DNA of 64,000 nucleotides from Nanobdellota archaeon (GCA_038046385.1 JBBSWH010000011.1:32001-96000), one strand, 5' to 3'; shown: positions 28,842 through 38,909, numbered from the stretch's first letter. Program-made: numbers and translations. Notes: generated by a model not told the origin, from the sequence alone.

Positions 28842-31446
28842 CTTTTCCTTGCTGAAGTTTTATGCCTTCATTTAGTGTACCCATTATTTCAGCTGTATCT
28901 CCCTGGGTGCCCCTATCGTATAACCCTATTTCCAGATATTTTATTACATCCTGCATATCTTCAAAATTTCTGATGGACAGTGCTGGGATATACATGCTCA
29001 TGCCTGCTGTAGAAACAGCTGGAAGCGTATCCCATTTTTTCTTATTATTCCCTACAGCTTCCCACTTGTCGTCATAATTTTTTCTTCCGGCATATTTTAA
29101 TATTCCAGTGTTAACCAATGCTCTCCTGTCAAATGCCGGGTTCTCTGTTGATTTTAAACCTGGAGTGAATTTTATTAATTTTTCATGTTCTTTATCAAGA
29201 ACAAATTTGCCTTCATAGCTGAATTTTGGCATAAATTCTTCCCTTCCCAAAAGGTTTGGATTGTCTTTTTTAGTTTCAAGCGCTTTTATATAATCACTTG
29301 CAAATTTACTGCTGTTCCTAAACCAGCCAAACCTCATGTTTCTGATAAACCCTATCCAATCATGATTTATGTACTCCATCATGCTGTGAGGAGACTCCAG
29401 CAAATGCACTTTACCGGCAATAATCTCATCAGGATGCACTCTTCTTGGCCTTTTTCCTTCATATATATCCTCTAAAACCTCAAAATATTGATTAACTTCT
29501 AGCTTGTGCCCTTTCACTATACTTCCATCTGATAATCTGGTTCCAGGATCTACGAACTTATATTCATGCGCTGTAGCTCCATAAGGATTGCATTGATCTA
29601 ATATTAGATATCTCCATGCCTTCAATACCATATGGTTGCCATAGGCTTTAGCCCTATCGTTAAGAAGTGTATTGGAATTCTTAAGAATCTCTTTTGCCTT
29701 AGCTAATTTACTATTCTGGCGCTGTATCTCCTGTATAAAATTTTCATATTCTTTAGTTCCTGGCCTTATGGACCCTTTGATAATACCAACCATATATTTT
29801 TGAATTAATATTGCAGAGTTATTCAGCTCATCACAAAATTTTTCAGTTGCCCTGAACAAACCAACCTCTTCATTTTTCCCACTTTCACTATTGTATATTA
29901 TTCCGCCATTTCTGCAAGAATAAATCTCATCTTCCAGTTTGTCAACATCCATATATATTGAACCAATCATTGGCTCCAAAGTTTCGCATACGTGCAAAGC
30001 CTGTTCGACTTGACCTTTCTTTACATTCCAGATGTAAAATCTTTTTAAGTAATTACTTAAGGAGAAAAAAATAATTAAATTTTCTCTAAATAAATCAGGC
30101 AGTCTATCTAAAGCTACTCTTTCTTTTGGCCATGCTTTTTTATTTATACCCGTTCTTGATTGTACCTCTCCTAATTTTTTTCTGAACATTTCCCATAAAA
30201 GTACTGAATATCTATCCTTTAGGTCCTTAAATTTCCATTTCCTCTCAGCCCTGTTAACAGCCCAAACCCCTCCTCCCAGCAATAATAAAAGTATCATCAG
30301 GCTTAGTATCAGGAACCATTTCCATCCTATGTCAAAGAATATTGATAGGATGATCCCTATCCCAAGAACAATAAGTCCCCAGTTGCCTATTTTATCTCCT
30401 GTTTCCCCGCCGAATTTTTTTGCAGCAAGCAGTCCTGCTATAGCGATAAGTATGAGCCACCAGTAGCTGAACATTGTTTTTGTAATTCCTTTGCTTTCCG
30501 GCCCGGTTATGCCTATTTTGCTGGCTCCTCCTCCTGCAGGGGCACAATCAATAGGGGTTATTGTGCAAAACACAGATCCAAGAGCTCCTCTGTATTCTGG
30601 AGCATCTGCCGTGACTGCTGCAGCGGCCCATCCTACAAGTATTATTGCAATAATCCATGCAGTCCATTTGCTTGCATCACCCACTGTGCTTTTTAACGCA
30701 TCTGCAAACAACATAACAAAGAAAACTTCAGCAACCTGAATAACTGCGCCAAGCGATGCACCTTCCCTTGCCATGCTTACAGCAAATACAAATGCCAAAG
30801 CATAGCTTACTTTGTCCATACCTCCGGTAGCACCTTTTAGGAGGTATCCTCTAAAGAAGAATGAGAATAAAACAAAGCTCGATATGAATACCCATATCCT
30901 GCCGTCTTTTGTGGTCAATATCCCATTCGATCCAAACAAGAAAGCAATAAAATCCTGAACCATTCCTTGGCTCCACACCCATTGATTTCCTATTTTTACG
31001 GCAATTATCAGAGCGATTATAGCCAACAATATTCCATACCCGGTTTTTCCCTGAGGCGAGCCCAGTTTATCATTTACCTTCAGCAACCCCAATACAAAAT
31101 ACAGCACAACTCCAATCACAAACGCATTAACTAAAACAACATACCAGACATAAGTTGCAAAGAACGTTCCAATTGCTCCAGTTTTCCAAATCAAGCCTTC
31201 TCTTCCGTTGAACCACGCAACCAGCAATGCAACTAAAACTATTATCATCCAGATTGATCCTTTTTCTTTGTCATTCTTGTCTGGAACAAGTATAGCCTGC
31301 AGGATAAACATTACAGCTCCGATAACTAAAGCGTTTATTATCAAATAGTACCAGGATGACATGCCAGTTGCAGCTGTCTGCGCAAATGCTAAAGGCACCA
31401 TTAGCAAAGCCATTACAAGAATCCAAAATAGTTTATTCTTGCTCAT
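28825..31446 (-). CDS. Polytopic membrane protein with C-terminal NPAFDR domain
   Basis: Signal peptide and roughly a dozen hydrophobic helices in the first ~400 aa. Confidence 0.78.
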   Translation of the reverse strand: MSKNKLFWILVMALLMVPLAFAQTAATGMSSWYYLIINALVIGAVMFILQAILVPDKNDKEKGSIWMIIVLVALLVAWFNGREGLIWKTGAIGTFFATYVWYVVLVNAFVIGVVLYFVLGLLKVNDKLGSPQGKTGYGILLAIIALIIAVKIGNQWVWSQGMVQDFIAFLFGSNGILTTKDGRIWVFISSFVLFSFFFRGYLLKGATGGMDKVSYALAFVFAVSMAREGASLGAVIQVAEVFFVMLFADALKSTVGDASKWTAWIIAIILVGWAAAAVTADAPEYRGALGSVFCTITPIDCAPAGGGASKIGITGPESKGITKTMFSYWWLILIAIAGLLAAKKFGGETGDKIGNWGLIVLGIGIILSIFFDIGWKWFLILSLMILLLLLGGGVWAVNRAERKWKFKDLKDRYSVLLWEMFRKKLGEVQSRTGINKKAWPKERVALDRLPDLFRENLIIFFSLSNYLKRFYIWNVKKGQVEQALHVCETLEPMIGSIYMDVDKLEDEIYSCRNGGIIYNSESGKNEEVGLFRATEKFCDELNNSAILIQKYMVGIIKGSIRPGTKEYENFIQEIQRQNSKLAKAKEILKNSNTLLNDRAKAYGNHMVLKAWRYLILDQCNPYGATAHEYKFVDPGTRLSDGSIVKGHKLEVNQYFEVLEDIYEGKRPRRVHPDEIIAGKVHLLESPHSMMEYINHDWIGFIRNMRFGWFRNSSKFASDYIKALETKKDNPNLLGREEFMPKFSYEGKFVLDKEHEKLIKFTPGLKSTENPAFDRRALVNTGILKYAGRKNYDDKWEAVGNNKKKWDTLPAVSTAGMSMYIPALSIRNFEDMQDVIKYLEIGLYDRGTQGDTAEIMGTLNEGIKLQQGKDEHSK

Positions 31447-32582
31447 AGTAATTTAGCGACCTCATCAAGCATTTTATCATCAATCTCATCAAACTCATAT
31501 CCAAGAGAAGTCAGTTTAATCCACAAGCGAAGCACATTATCAGTAAAGCAGAATTTGTTTCCGTTCTTGTAAATAATATCAGTCTGTATCAGCCTTTCAA
31601 TAACGCTTTTTGTAACAGGCGCGCTTCTGTAGATCTTCTTTGCAATGTCAGTTAATCTTAATTCATCGTTTGCAACAACCTTTAGGATTGTTTTAAGAAG
31701 CGTTTGACCACGAGCCCTGTTATAATAATAGTTAAGCGAGTCATTGCAGTAATTGTAAAGTGGATTGTTCTTCTGCAGAAGTTCTATCAAAAATGCCTTT
31801 CTAGAATTCTTTATTTCTCTAAACCTTTGAGAAACAGCAATCATCGCATAATAATTACCATTGCATAAATTGAATATTTCTTCGCTTGATCCGGCATCTA
31901 TCTTGCCGGCATTCTCTTCGATAAGCAAAATAGATTCCTCTTTTTCAAGATTTTTCATCTCGTAGCATTCGAACTGCTTAAGTGAATGAAGAGACTCTTT
32001 TACAGCAGAGCTTGCTGCAATATAAGAAACATTGTCTGAGCCAAAGTTAATCAAAGAAAATACATCTTTTATCTGCGAGAAATTATTCATATCAAGAAGA
32101 TTCTCTATATTGTCCCAAACAATAAGAAATTTTTTCTTTGAATCCCTTCCGAGTGCATCTGCAAACCCGAATGCATTTTCAACAATCAGTTTTTGATTTG
32201 GCTTTATCTTAAGAAGCTCGTTTTCAACTGATTTTATCAAAGAAAAAGCAGAAGAACTATTTAACTCCCCTTCGAGTTTTACAAGATTGTCAAGAACAAG
32301 AAATTTTTTGTAATCTTTAGGTGATTTTTTTAAAAAACTAAAAGCAACATTTCCTATATACTCAACCGAAAAATTCTCTGGATTAAGACTTATCTTGGAA
32401 AAATCAACATAAACAGGAACAACGTCTTTTACATTTTTGATATGGTTCTTGATAATAGACGTTTTTCCGCATTTCCTTGGACCGAGAAGAGCTATATGCT
32501 TTCCTTCATTTTTCTTAAAATTGTTTGTATTGGTGTCTAGCAAATTCCTGTAGAAACTCCTCTTTACGTTGCTGTCGACCAA
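31443..32582 (-). CDS. Archaeal-ATPase-like P-loop protein with C-terminal wHTH
   Basis: Walker A GPRKCGKT; Walker B LIVWDN; LRLTDIAKKIYRS HTH; TTG start. Confidence 0.8.
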   Translation of the reverse strand: MVDSNVKRSFYRNLLDTNTNNFKKNEGKHIALLGPRKCGKTSIIKNHIKNVKDVVPVYVDFSKISLNPENFSVEYIGNVAFSFLKKSPKDYKKFLVLDNLVKLEGELNSSSAFSLIKSVENELLKIKPNQKLIVENAFGFADALGRDSKKKFLIVWDNIENLLDMNNFSQIKDVFSLINFGSDNVSYIAASSAVKESLHSLKQFECYEMKNLEKEESILLIEENAGKIDAGSSEEIFNLCNGNYYAMIAVSQRFREIKNSRKAFLIELLQKNNPLYNYCNDSLNYYYNRARGQTLLKTILKVVANDELRLTDIAKKIYRSAPVTKSVIERLIQTDIIYKNGNKFCFTDNVLRLWIKLTSLGYEFDEIDDKMLDEVAKLL

Positions 32583-32896
32583 TACTTCTCCGTTATACCA
32601 TTTGGGCTATATACTTAATGATATAAAAACATTTCGCTTATGATTTTATACATTTTGGTATATTATTCTTAAATTAATATACCTTTTTGTATAATTAGTA
32701 TATAAATGTTACGGAAAAGAATGGGCTATAGATTTAATTCTACTAATTGGTATATATTCTTTTTGGTATACTATCTAATTTTACGAGTGATTTTTGTAAC
32801 TACTTTAAAATGATTACAAAATCGAAAGGTTTATATACACAAATCCAAACTGGAGTAGTATATTACACTACTAAGTAGCATAAACGTTGGGGCGTT

Positions 32897-33802
32897 ATGG
32901 CTGAAGAGCACAAAGAACCAAAACTAGAAGATATTGTAAAAAATAATCATAAGCTAGATAGCCACGCGTCTGAACATAAAGAAGAAGATCATGATAATCA
33001 CAAAGAAAAACCAAAAAGTTCTATTGACAAAGTAACTGATGAAGTTCTGGATGCTGGAAAATTTCTTGGGTCATTTGCAGCAGGAATGTCTTTTCCGTTC
33101 ATGTTTTCTGGTCAGGCAAGAACAAATGCAATGATTAACGCTTATCCTCTTGCAGCAGGATCAACTGTTGAGGACAAAATGAGGGGCAAGCCGATAAATC
33201 CTGTAAAATCAATGAAAGAATCACTTGTAGGAACTTTGATGGCAAACCCGCTTGCCAGTTTGCTGGGTTACATAAATGTAGTAAGGGATTCCGTTACTTC
33301 ATATGCAGGAACACTGCCGGGCGCAGGAGCTGCTGTCGGAGCGCTTGCAGCAGGCCAGGGAATTTTTGTCGGCACTTACATGGCTATTAACCACGTTGTG
33401 CAGAACATGAGCTTCAAAGGGCTTTATGACAAAATGAAGACCAGCTATTGGACTGCAATAAAAAACACATGGAAATATGTTCTTCCATTAAGCATGTGGA
33501 ACGTTCTTTATGTTTACAAGTTCGGAATAGTTGCGCAGATGGCATACGGTTCTTTGATGTCATTCCTCTTCAGATTAGTAGGTCCAAAGGAAAAAGATGC
33601 AAACCTCAAAAATTTAGGAAAAGCCCTAAACCCTGCACCCTACATCGGAGCGACTGCAAGCGTAACTGGAAAACTAGTAAAAAACACAGTCAAAGGATTT
33701 TACGATTCAATCTATGCAATAGGATCTTCTCTAGGTGATCTGTACAAATCAACGCCAAAAGCAGCAGCGCCAGCTCCGGCAGCAGCAGGAGCGCACCACT
33801 AA
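32897..33802 (+). CDS. Membrane protein, Mpv17/PMP22-like paralogue 1
   Basis: GLYDKMKTSYWTAIKNTWKYVLPLSMWNVLY; family call is by eye. Confidence 0.6.
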   Translation: MAEEHKEPKLEDIVKNNHKLDSHASEHKEEDHDNHKEKPKSSIDKVTDEVLDAGKFLGSFAAGMSFPFMFSGQARTNAMINAYPLAAGSTVEDKMRGKPINPVKSMKESLVGTLMANPLASLLGYINVVRDSVTSYAGTLPGAGAAVGALAAGQGIFVGTYMAINHVVQNMSFKGLYDKMKTSYWTAIKNTWKYVLPLSMWNVLYVYKFGIVAQMAYGSLMSFLFRLVGPKEKDANLKNLGKALNPAPYIGATASVTGKLVKNTVKGFYDSIYAIGSSLGDLYKSTPKAAAPAPAAAGAHH

Positions 33803-33803
33803 A

Positions 33804-33974
33804 ATGAAACAGAAACTGAGCATCACAATGGACAATGAAGCAGTTCGTGATATTGAGCAGTCTATCAAGTCTGGAAAATTCAGAAACAAAAGTCATTTTG
33901 TTGAATATGCTGTAAAAAAACTTTTGGAAGAAGAAAAAAAATCAGAAGAAAAAATAATAATGGAATACCAATGA
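33804..33974 (+). CDS. Ribbon-helix-helix (CopG-like) protein 1
   Basis: MKQKLSITMD...FRNKSHFVEYAVKKLL; start re-assigned. Confidence 0.85.
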   Translation: MKQKLSITMDNEAVRDIEQSIKSGKFRNKSHFVEYAVKKLLEEEKKSEEKIIMEYQ

Positions 33975-34636
33975 GCCTAGAAAACAAAGTTGAGGACAAG
34001 GAAAGCAAAAGCTTTGCGAAAAAGGCATTTAGGCTTGGATTCAATGTAGCTGCCGCTGCAGCAACGACTGCATTGAGCATGGCAACAGTCGGAACCGTAG
34101 GTCCAATTGTAGGCGCAGCTTTTGCAGGCGGAAGCATGATTGGGCATTTGATAAAAGGAAAGCCATTGTACGAATCAACAGTTGATGCTTTGAGAACTTA
34201 TACTGGAGTAAACGCAGTAATCTGGCCAATAGTTGCACTGGGCAACGCAACATTTCCGTTAATTTCAAACGAAACAATAATTGGAAAAGCTGCAAGAACA
34301 TTGTATGCATCAACCTTATACAACGCTGCATTTGTAGGCGCTTTCAGGGGAGCAACACATCTTGTCGATAATTACCTAAATCCAGTTGGAATTGTTAAAT
34401 CAATCAAAGATAATTTCTATAATGAATGGAAAAGAATAGGGCTTGGATTCCTGCCAGGATATGCTCTTGATGCAAACGGAATCACAAATATAATGGGCTT
34501 GCCGACATTTGCTCTAAACGCGTTCCCTCTAGGATTGTACAATGCAATAAAACCAACTCCAATTGCAAAGAAATCATCTCATTCAAACTACTCTCCGGGC
34601 TATTCAACGCCATCGATGTCGCCGCATCCAGCCTAA
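33971..34636 (+). CDS. Membrane protein, Mpv17-like paralogue 2
   Basis: FVGAFRGATHLV...IVKSIKDNFYNEWK aligns with paralogue 1. Confidence 0.55.
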   Translation: MSLENKVEDKESKSFAKKAFRLGFNVAAAAATTALSMATVGTVGPIVGAAFAGGSMIGHLIKGKPLYESTVDALRTYTGVNAVIWPIVALGNATFPLISNETIIGKAARTLYASTLYNAAFVGAFRGATHLVDNYLNPVGIVKSIKDNFYNEWKRIGLGFLPGYALDANGITNIMGLPTFALNAFPLGLYNAIKPTPIAKKSSHSNYSPGYSTPSMSPHPA

Positions 34637-34637
34637 A

Positions 34638-34799
34638 ATGAAACAAAAGCTAAGCATCACAATGGACGAAGAAACAGTTCACGATATTGATAATTCTATT
34701 AGATCTGGGAAATTCAGGAACAAAAGCCATTTTGTTGAATATGCTGTAAAAAAATTATTGGAAGAAGAAAAGATAATTCTCAAGGTGGAAAATGGCTGA
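34638..34799 (+). CDS. Ribbon-helix-helix protein 2
   Basis: Near-identical to RHH 1; start re-assigned. Confidence 0.85.
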   Translation: MKQKLSITMDEETVHDIDNSIRSGKFRNKSHFVEYAVKKLLEEEKIILKVENG

Positions 34800-35634
34800 A
34801 ACTGAAAAAATTCCACTAGAAGAACATGGGAAAGAGAAGAAGGAAGAAAAAAAGAAAAAAGGCACGCTTGAAAATGTAATTGATGAGCTTTCAGGCTTCG
34901 GAAGAAAAGCTGTTGCAATAGGCGCAATAGCAGCAATGCCTCTTTCATTCCTTCCTTTCGCGCCTTCACATGTCCCAAGGGCAGCAGTTACAGCATATGG
35001 ATACGCTGCCGGCCGCGCAACAGCAAACGTGATGCAGGAAAAGCCTGCACTGGAGAAGCTTGTCAAGGTCGGAACAATAGGGGCAATAAATTCAGTGCCG
35101 CTTGCAGCAGGTTTCACAGCCCTTAACATGCTTGAAAAAGCCATGGAGCCGGTTTATGGCGGATTAGCGGCAAAAGCCGCAAAAGTTGCAGCATACGGGC
35201 TTATACAGATACCTACAGTCACAACTTTGCGTAATGCAATGGACTACGGATTAGGAAAAAAATTCAGAGAGAATTTATTGCCAAGCATAAAAAACACTTT
35301 CAAAACTTTGATAATACCTGGAATTTTCAATGTTCTTTACATATCAAAATTTGGGCTGTTTCCTCAGATGGCTGCTGCTGCTGTTTTTAGTTACCTTGTC
35401 CAGCTTACAGAATCAGTAAGGGTAGGGAAAGGAAGTTTCAAGAATCTTTACAAATCAATTAACCCAGCCCAATATATCAGGGCAACTTCCAGCGTAACAG
35501 GAAAACTTGTCAGGAATTCTACCAAAGGAATATCTGACGCAGTCTCTGCCATAGGCAGTTCTCTCAATGATTTGTACAAATCAGCTCCAAAAGCAGCAGC
35601 GCCAGCTCCGGCAGCTGCAGGAGCGCATCCTTAA
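34792..35634 (+). CDS. Membrane protein, Mpv17-like paralogue 3
   Basis: IKNTFKTLIIPGIFNVLYISKFG; tail DLYKSAPKAAAPAPAAAGAHP shared with paralogue 1. Confidence 0.6.
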   Translation: MAETEKIPLEEHGKEKKEEKKKKGTLENVIDELSGFGRKAVAIGAIAAMPLSFLPFAPSHVPRAAVTAYGYAAGRATANVMQEKPALEKLVKVGTIGAINSVPLAAGFTALNMLEKAMEPVYGGLAAKAAKVAAYGLIQIPTVTTLRNAMDYGLGKKFRENLLPSIKNTFKTLIIPGIFNVLYISKFGLFPQMAAAAVFSYLVQLTESVRVGKGSFKNLYKSINPAQYIRATSSVTGKLVRNSTKGISDAVSAIGSSLNDLYKSAPKAAAPAPAAAGAHP

Positions 35635-35681
35635 CCAAAAAAAAGATCAACTTATTTTAACAACAAGAAAAACTATAATCT

Positions 35682-36623
35682 TTAGTGCGTCCAGTCCAGC
35701 ACAGCACCCTTTCCGCCGGTTATCCATTTGTAGCATTCAAGCGCCGTCTTTGCTCCGTCGCCTGCTGCAATCACAGTCTGTTTGTAAGGAACCGGTGTTA
35801 TGTCTCCTGCAGAAAAAATGCCAGGGCACGTTGTATTGCCTCTTTCATCAACAATAATCTCTTTCTTCTCGTTGACTTTTACAAGATGAGAAACGAATGA
35901 AGTGTCAACAACATACCCTATCTCTATAAAAATCCCTTCAACTTTAAACTGCCTTCTTTCTTTTGTATTCAGATTTTCAACTTCCAATCCATCAACGTTT
36001 TTCTCTCCGATAACTTTTGTTGATGCACTATTAAGAACCAGTTCAATTTTTGGATTATTTTTTAGCTTTTCAACAGTTATTTCGTCTGCCCTGAAAGAAT
36101 CCCTTCTGTGAACAAGATAAACTTTTTTTGCAATTCCGGCTAATTCAAGAGCGCCTTCAACAGCAGAATTTCCTCCGCCTATGACTACAACTTCCCTGTT
36201 TTTGTACAGTGGAGCGTCGCATGTTACGCACGTTGAAACGCCTCTTCCGAAGAATTTTTCCTCGCCTTCTATTCCAAGGCTTTTCGGGACTTTTCCATAT
36301 GCAAGAATAAGTGCTTTGCATTCATATTCCTCTCCATTTGCAAGGCCAATTTTGAATCCGCCATCTATTTTGTCAACTTTATTCACTTTGCCCATGATGG
36401 TTTCTGCGCCAAACCCAACTGCTTCATTGTAGAATCGCTGCATCAATTCAATGCCGTTCATCGGGCCTGTGCCGGGATAGTTTTCAATGTGGCTCGTTAA
36501 ATTAGTCTGGCCGCCGATGTCCATGCTTACAATAACAGTTTTCAGTTTTTTCCTGCAGCAGTATGTCGCAGCAGTCATTCCTGCAGCGCCTCCGCCAACA
36601 ATTATAACATCATACATACTCAT
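35682..36623 (-). CDS. trxB: Thioredoxin reductase
   Basis: GGGAAG, CVTCD, GGGNSA, AGD. Confidence 0.95.
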   Translation of the reverse strand: MSMYDVIIVGGGAAGMTAATYCCRKKLKTVIVSMDIGGQTNLTSHIENYPGTGPMNGIELMQRFYNEAVGFGAETIMGKVNKVDKIDGGFKIGLANGEEYECKALILAYGKVPKSLGIEGEEKFFGRGVSTCVTCDAPLYKNREVVVIGGGNSAVEGALELAGIAKKVYLVHRRDSFRADEITVEKLKNNPKIELVLNSASTKVIGEKNVDGLEVENLNTKERRQFKVEGIFIEIGYVVDTSFVSHLVKVNEKKEIIVDERGNTTCPGIFSAGDITPVPYKQTVIAAGDGAKTALECYKWITGGKGAVLDWTH

Positions 36624-36669
36624 TTTAGAAAAGTATCAGTTTTATAAATGTTATTGTCAAATTAAATAG

Positions 36670-37059
36670 CTATGGTCCAATGTAAACAACGTTTTTTAAC
36701 CCTTTAAAATGCCGGTCTCCGCTTATTATATAACTTTGTAATTCATTTTGTTTGGATATAAGGATAGAGTCAATTAAACCAAAATCTTTGATATTTTCTC
36801 TCATTTTATGTTTTATATCTGAGGCATCCAACCAGTTGGTAATCAACACAGGCAAAATAACAGAATTTTTTTTTACAGATTTGTAAATTCTGCTAAAATC
36901 TATTCCTTTTCTTAAACAATAACTTTTTAACTCAGAAAGGCAGCACTCCATTGTTATGAATTTATTGTTTTTTTGAAACAATTTTCTTAATACTTGCCCC
37001 TGTTCTGTTCCAATAAGATACTCTATCCACCCATACGTATCAATTATATAAATCACCAT
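36670..37059 (-). CDS. vapC: VapC PIN-domain toxin
   Basis: IIDTY.WIEY...LIDS...SGD.HF. Confidence 0.88.
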   Translation of the reverse strand: MVIYIIDTYGWIEYLIGTEQGQVLRKLFQKNNKFITMECCLSELKSYCLRKGIDFSRIYKSVKKNSVILPVLITNWLDASDIKHKMRENIKDFGLIDSILISKQNELQSYIISGDRHFKGLKNVVYIGP

Positions 37060-37268
37060 AGGTCTTCATGTTCATCTTTATCTCTTTCAAATCTCGGCAT
37101 TCCTTTGAGAATACCAAAAGCATCTACTCTTTTTTCTTTCTCTATTTCTACTTTTACAATATCGCCTTCATCTATATCTTCCTGCCTTACTATGTCTTTT
37201 GGAACAATCAATGCTAATGAATTCCCCCACCTTTTTATCTTTGCTTCAGCCATGACCATTTGTATCAC
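37053..37268 (-). CDS. vapB: AbrB/MazE-type antitoxin
   Basis: KRWGNSLALIVP. Confidence 0.88.
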   Translation of the reverse strand: MIQMVMAEAKIKRWGNSLALIVPKDIVRQEDIDEGDIVKVEIEKEKRVDAFGILKGMPRFERDKDEHEDLW

Positions 37269-37331
37269 CTTTTAGTATAACTAATGATACATAAAAGTAT
37301 AACTAATATATAAATTTATCTTATAAGAAGT

Positions 37332-38837
37332 CTATTTCCAGTCCCTTAGCAATTCTACCATCAGCCTTACTGTTGCGCCGGTTGCGCCTTTCACAATAAC
37401 ACCTTTGTCTGCTTTTGCAAAAACAGTTTCTCCGATGTCAATATGTGCCCATGGAATGTCATTAACAAAATTTTGAAGGAAAATCCCGCCTATTATTGTC
37501 CCAGCGTCGCCTTCATTGCCCAGGTTTTTTAAATCAGCAATGTCACTTTTAACATCTTCATTATATTCTTCCCACAACGGCAATTCCCAGAGTTTTTCAA
37601 GGCTTTTTTCAGATGCAATCTTAAGTTTTTCAGTAATCTTTGGATTATTGCTCATGAATGGAGATCCAACGCTGCCAAGAACAATTCTTGCAGCACCTGT
37701 AAGCGATGCAATGTCAAAAATAGCTTCAGGTTTCTTTTCTGCGGCATAGGCAAGCCCGTCAGCAAGCACAAGCCTTCCTTCAGCATCTGTATTTTTGATT
37801 TCAATTGTTATTTTGTTGTACGCTGTTAAAACATCATCCGGCCTGTACGCTTCAGAGTCTATCATGTTCTCTGCAAGCGGAGTCACTGCAACAACATTCA
37901 AAGGCAATTTCAGTTTGGAGCATGCTTCGACAATGTTTATTGCTGCCAATGCGCCGCCCTTGTCGTCTTTCATGTTGATTATGAATGGATGCTGCTTAAC
38001 ATTTATCCCGCCTGTATCAAATGTTATTCCTTTTCCGACAATTGCTATCTGCTTTTTGCCGGGCGCTCCGTTATATTCCAAAATAACAAGTCTTGGTTTA
38101 TTGACACTCCCTTTTCCGACTGCAAGCAAACAATCTAGTTTCATTTTTTCTATCTGTTTTTCGTCAAATACTGTAAACTTAAGGCCATTCTTCTTTGCAA
38201 TATCTTTTGTGTAATTGGCAACATATTCCGGAGTTGCAACATTTGGCGGAGTATTAACAACATCTCTTGTGCTGTTAACCGCTTCCGAAACAATAATTCC
38301 GTATTTTACCTGCCTGTCAAAATTCTTATTTGAATTTGTTATTATCCTGACGTTTTCAAAAGAGCCGTTTTTGCCGTTGTCTTTTGTCCTGTATCCTGTA
38401 AATTTGTAAAGCCCAAGCAAAGAGCTTACTGTTATTTTTTCAACTGCATCCTCTTCATTTAACTTTCCGACAAAAGAATCAAGCACTATGCTGCAGTTTT
38501 TTATCCCGCTCGCCTTAAGCTTTTTTAATGTGTCTGCAACAACTGCAGTCATAACATTCGCGTTATATCTTTCTTCTTCTCCAAGACCGACAAGGATTAT
38601 ATTTTTTACATTGCCTCTTGCATAAACGCTTTTTGCCTCGTTTTTATCTCCCTTGAAAGTGTTTTCTTTGATAAATTCCGATATAATTCCGCTGCACTTT
38701 CCATCAAGCTCTTTAACAGGGCCTTCAAGTTTCAGCTTTCCCTTAAAAAATCCTATAATCAATGCTTCATCCTTTATCTTAGAAACATCTTCCTTGGACA
38801 CAGAAATATTTATTTTTTCCATGAAAAATATAATCAT
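37332..38837 (-). CDS. pepA: Leucyl aminopeptidase (M17)
   Basis: GKGITFDTGG, NTDAEGRLVLAD, HIDI. Confidence 0.95.
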   Translation of the reverse strand: MIIFFMEKINISVSKEDVSKIKDEALIIGFFKGKLKLEGPVKELDGKCSGIISEFIKENTFKGDKNEAKSVYARGNVKNIILVGLGEEERYNANVMTAVVADTLKKLKASGIKNCSIVLDSFVGKLNEEDAVEKITVSSLLGLYKFTGYRTKDNGKNGSFENVRIITNSNKNFDRQVKYGIIVSEAVNSTRDVVNTPPNVATPEYVANYTKDIAKKNGLKFTVFDEKQIEKMKLDCLLAVGKGSVNKPRLVILEYNGAPGKKQIAIVGKGITFDTGGINVKQHPFIINMKDDKGGALAAINIVEACSKLKLPLNVVAVTPLAENMIDSEAYRPDDVLTAYNKITIEIKNTDAEGRLVLADGLAYAAEKKPEAIFDIASLTGAARIVLGSVGSPFMSNNPKITEKLKIASEKSLEKLWELPLWEEYNEDVKSDIADLKNLGNEGDAGTIIGGIFLQNFVNDIPWAHIDIGETVFAKADKGVIVKGATGATVRLMVELLRDWK

Positions 38838-38888
38838 GAAGTGGTTTATTAATCTTTTGATTAAAAGTATTGCATAACCTTTATATAT

Positions 38889-38908
38889 AAGTTAGGATAA
38901 CCTAACTT
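38889..38908. promoter_or_regulatory. DtxR/MntR-type operator
   Basis: Palindrome AAGTTAGG-ATAA-CCTAACTT between the TATA box and the ATG of the DtxR-family gene. Confidence 0.8.
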
Positions 38909-38909
38909 T

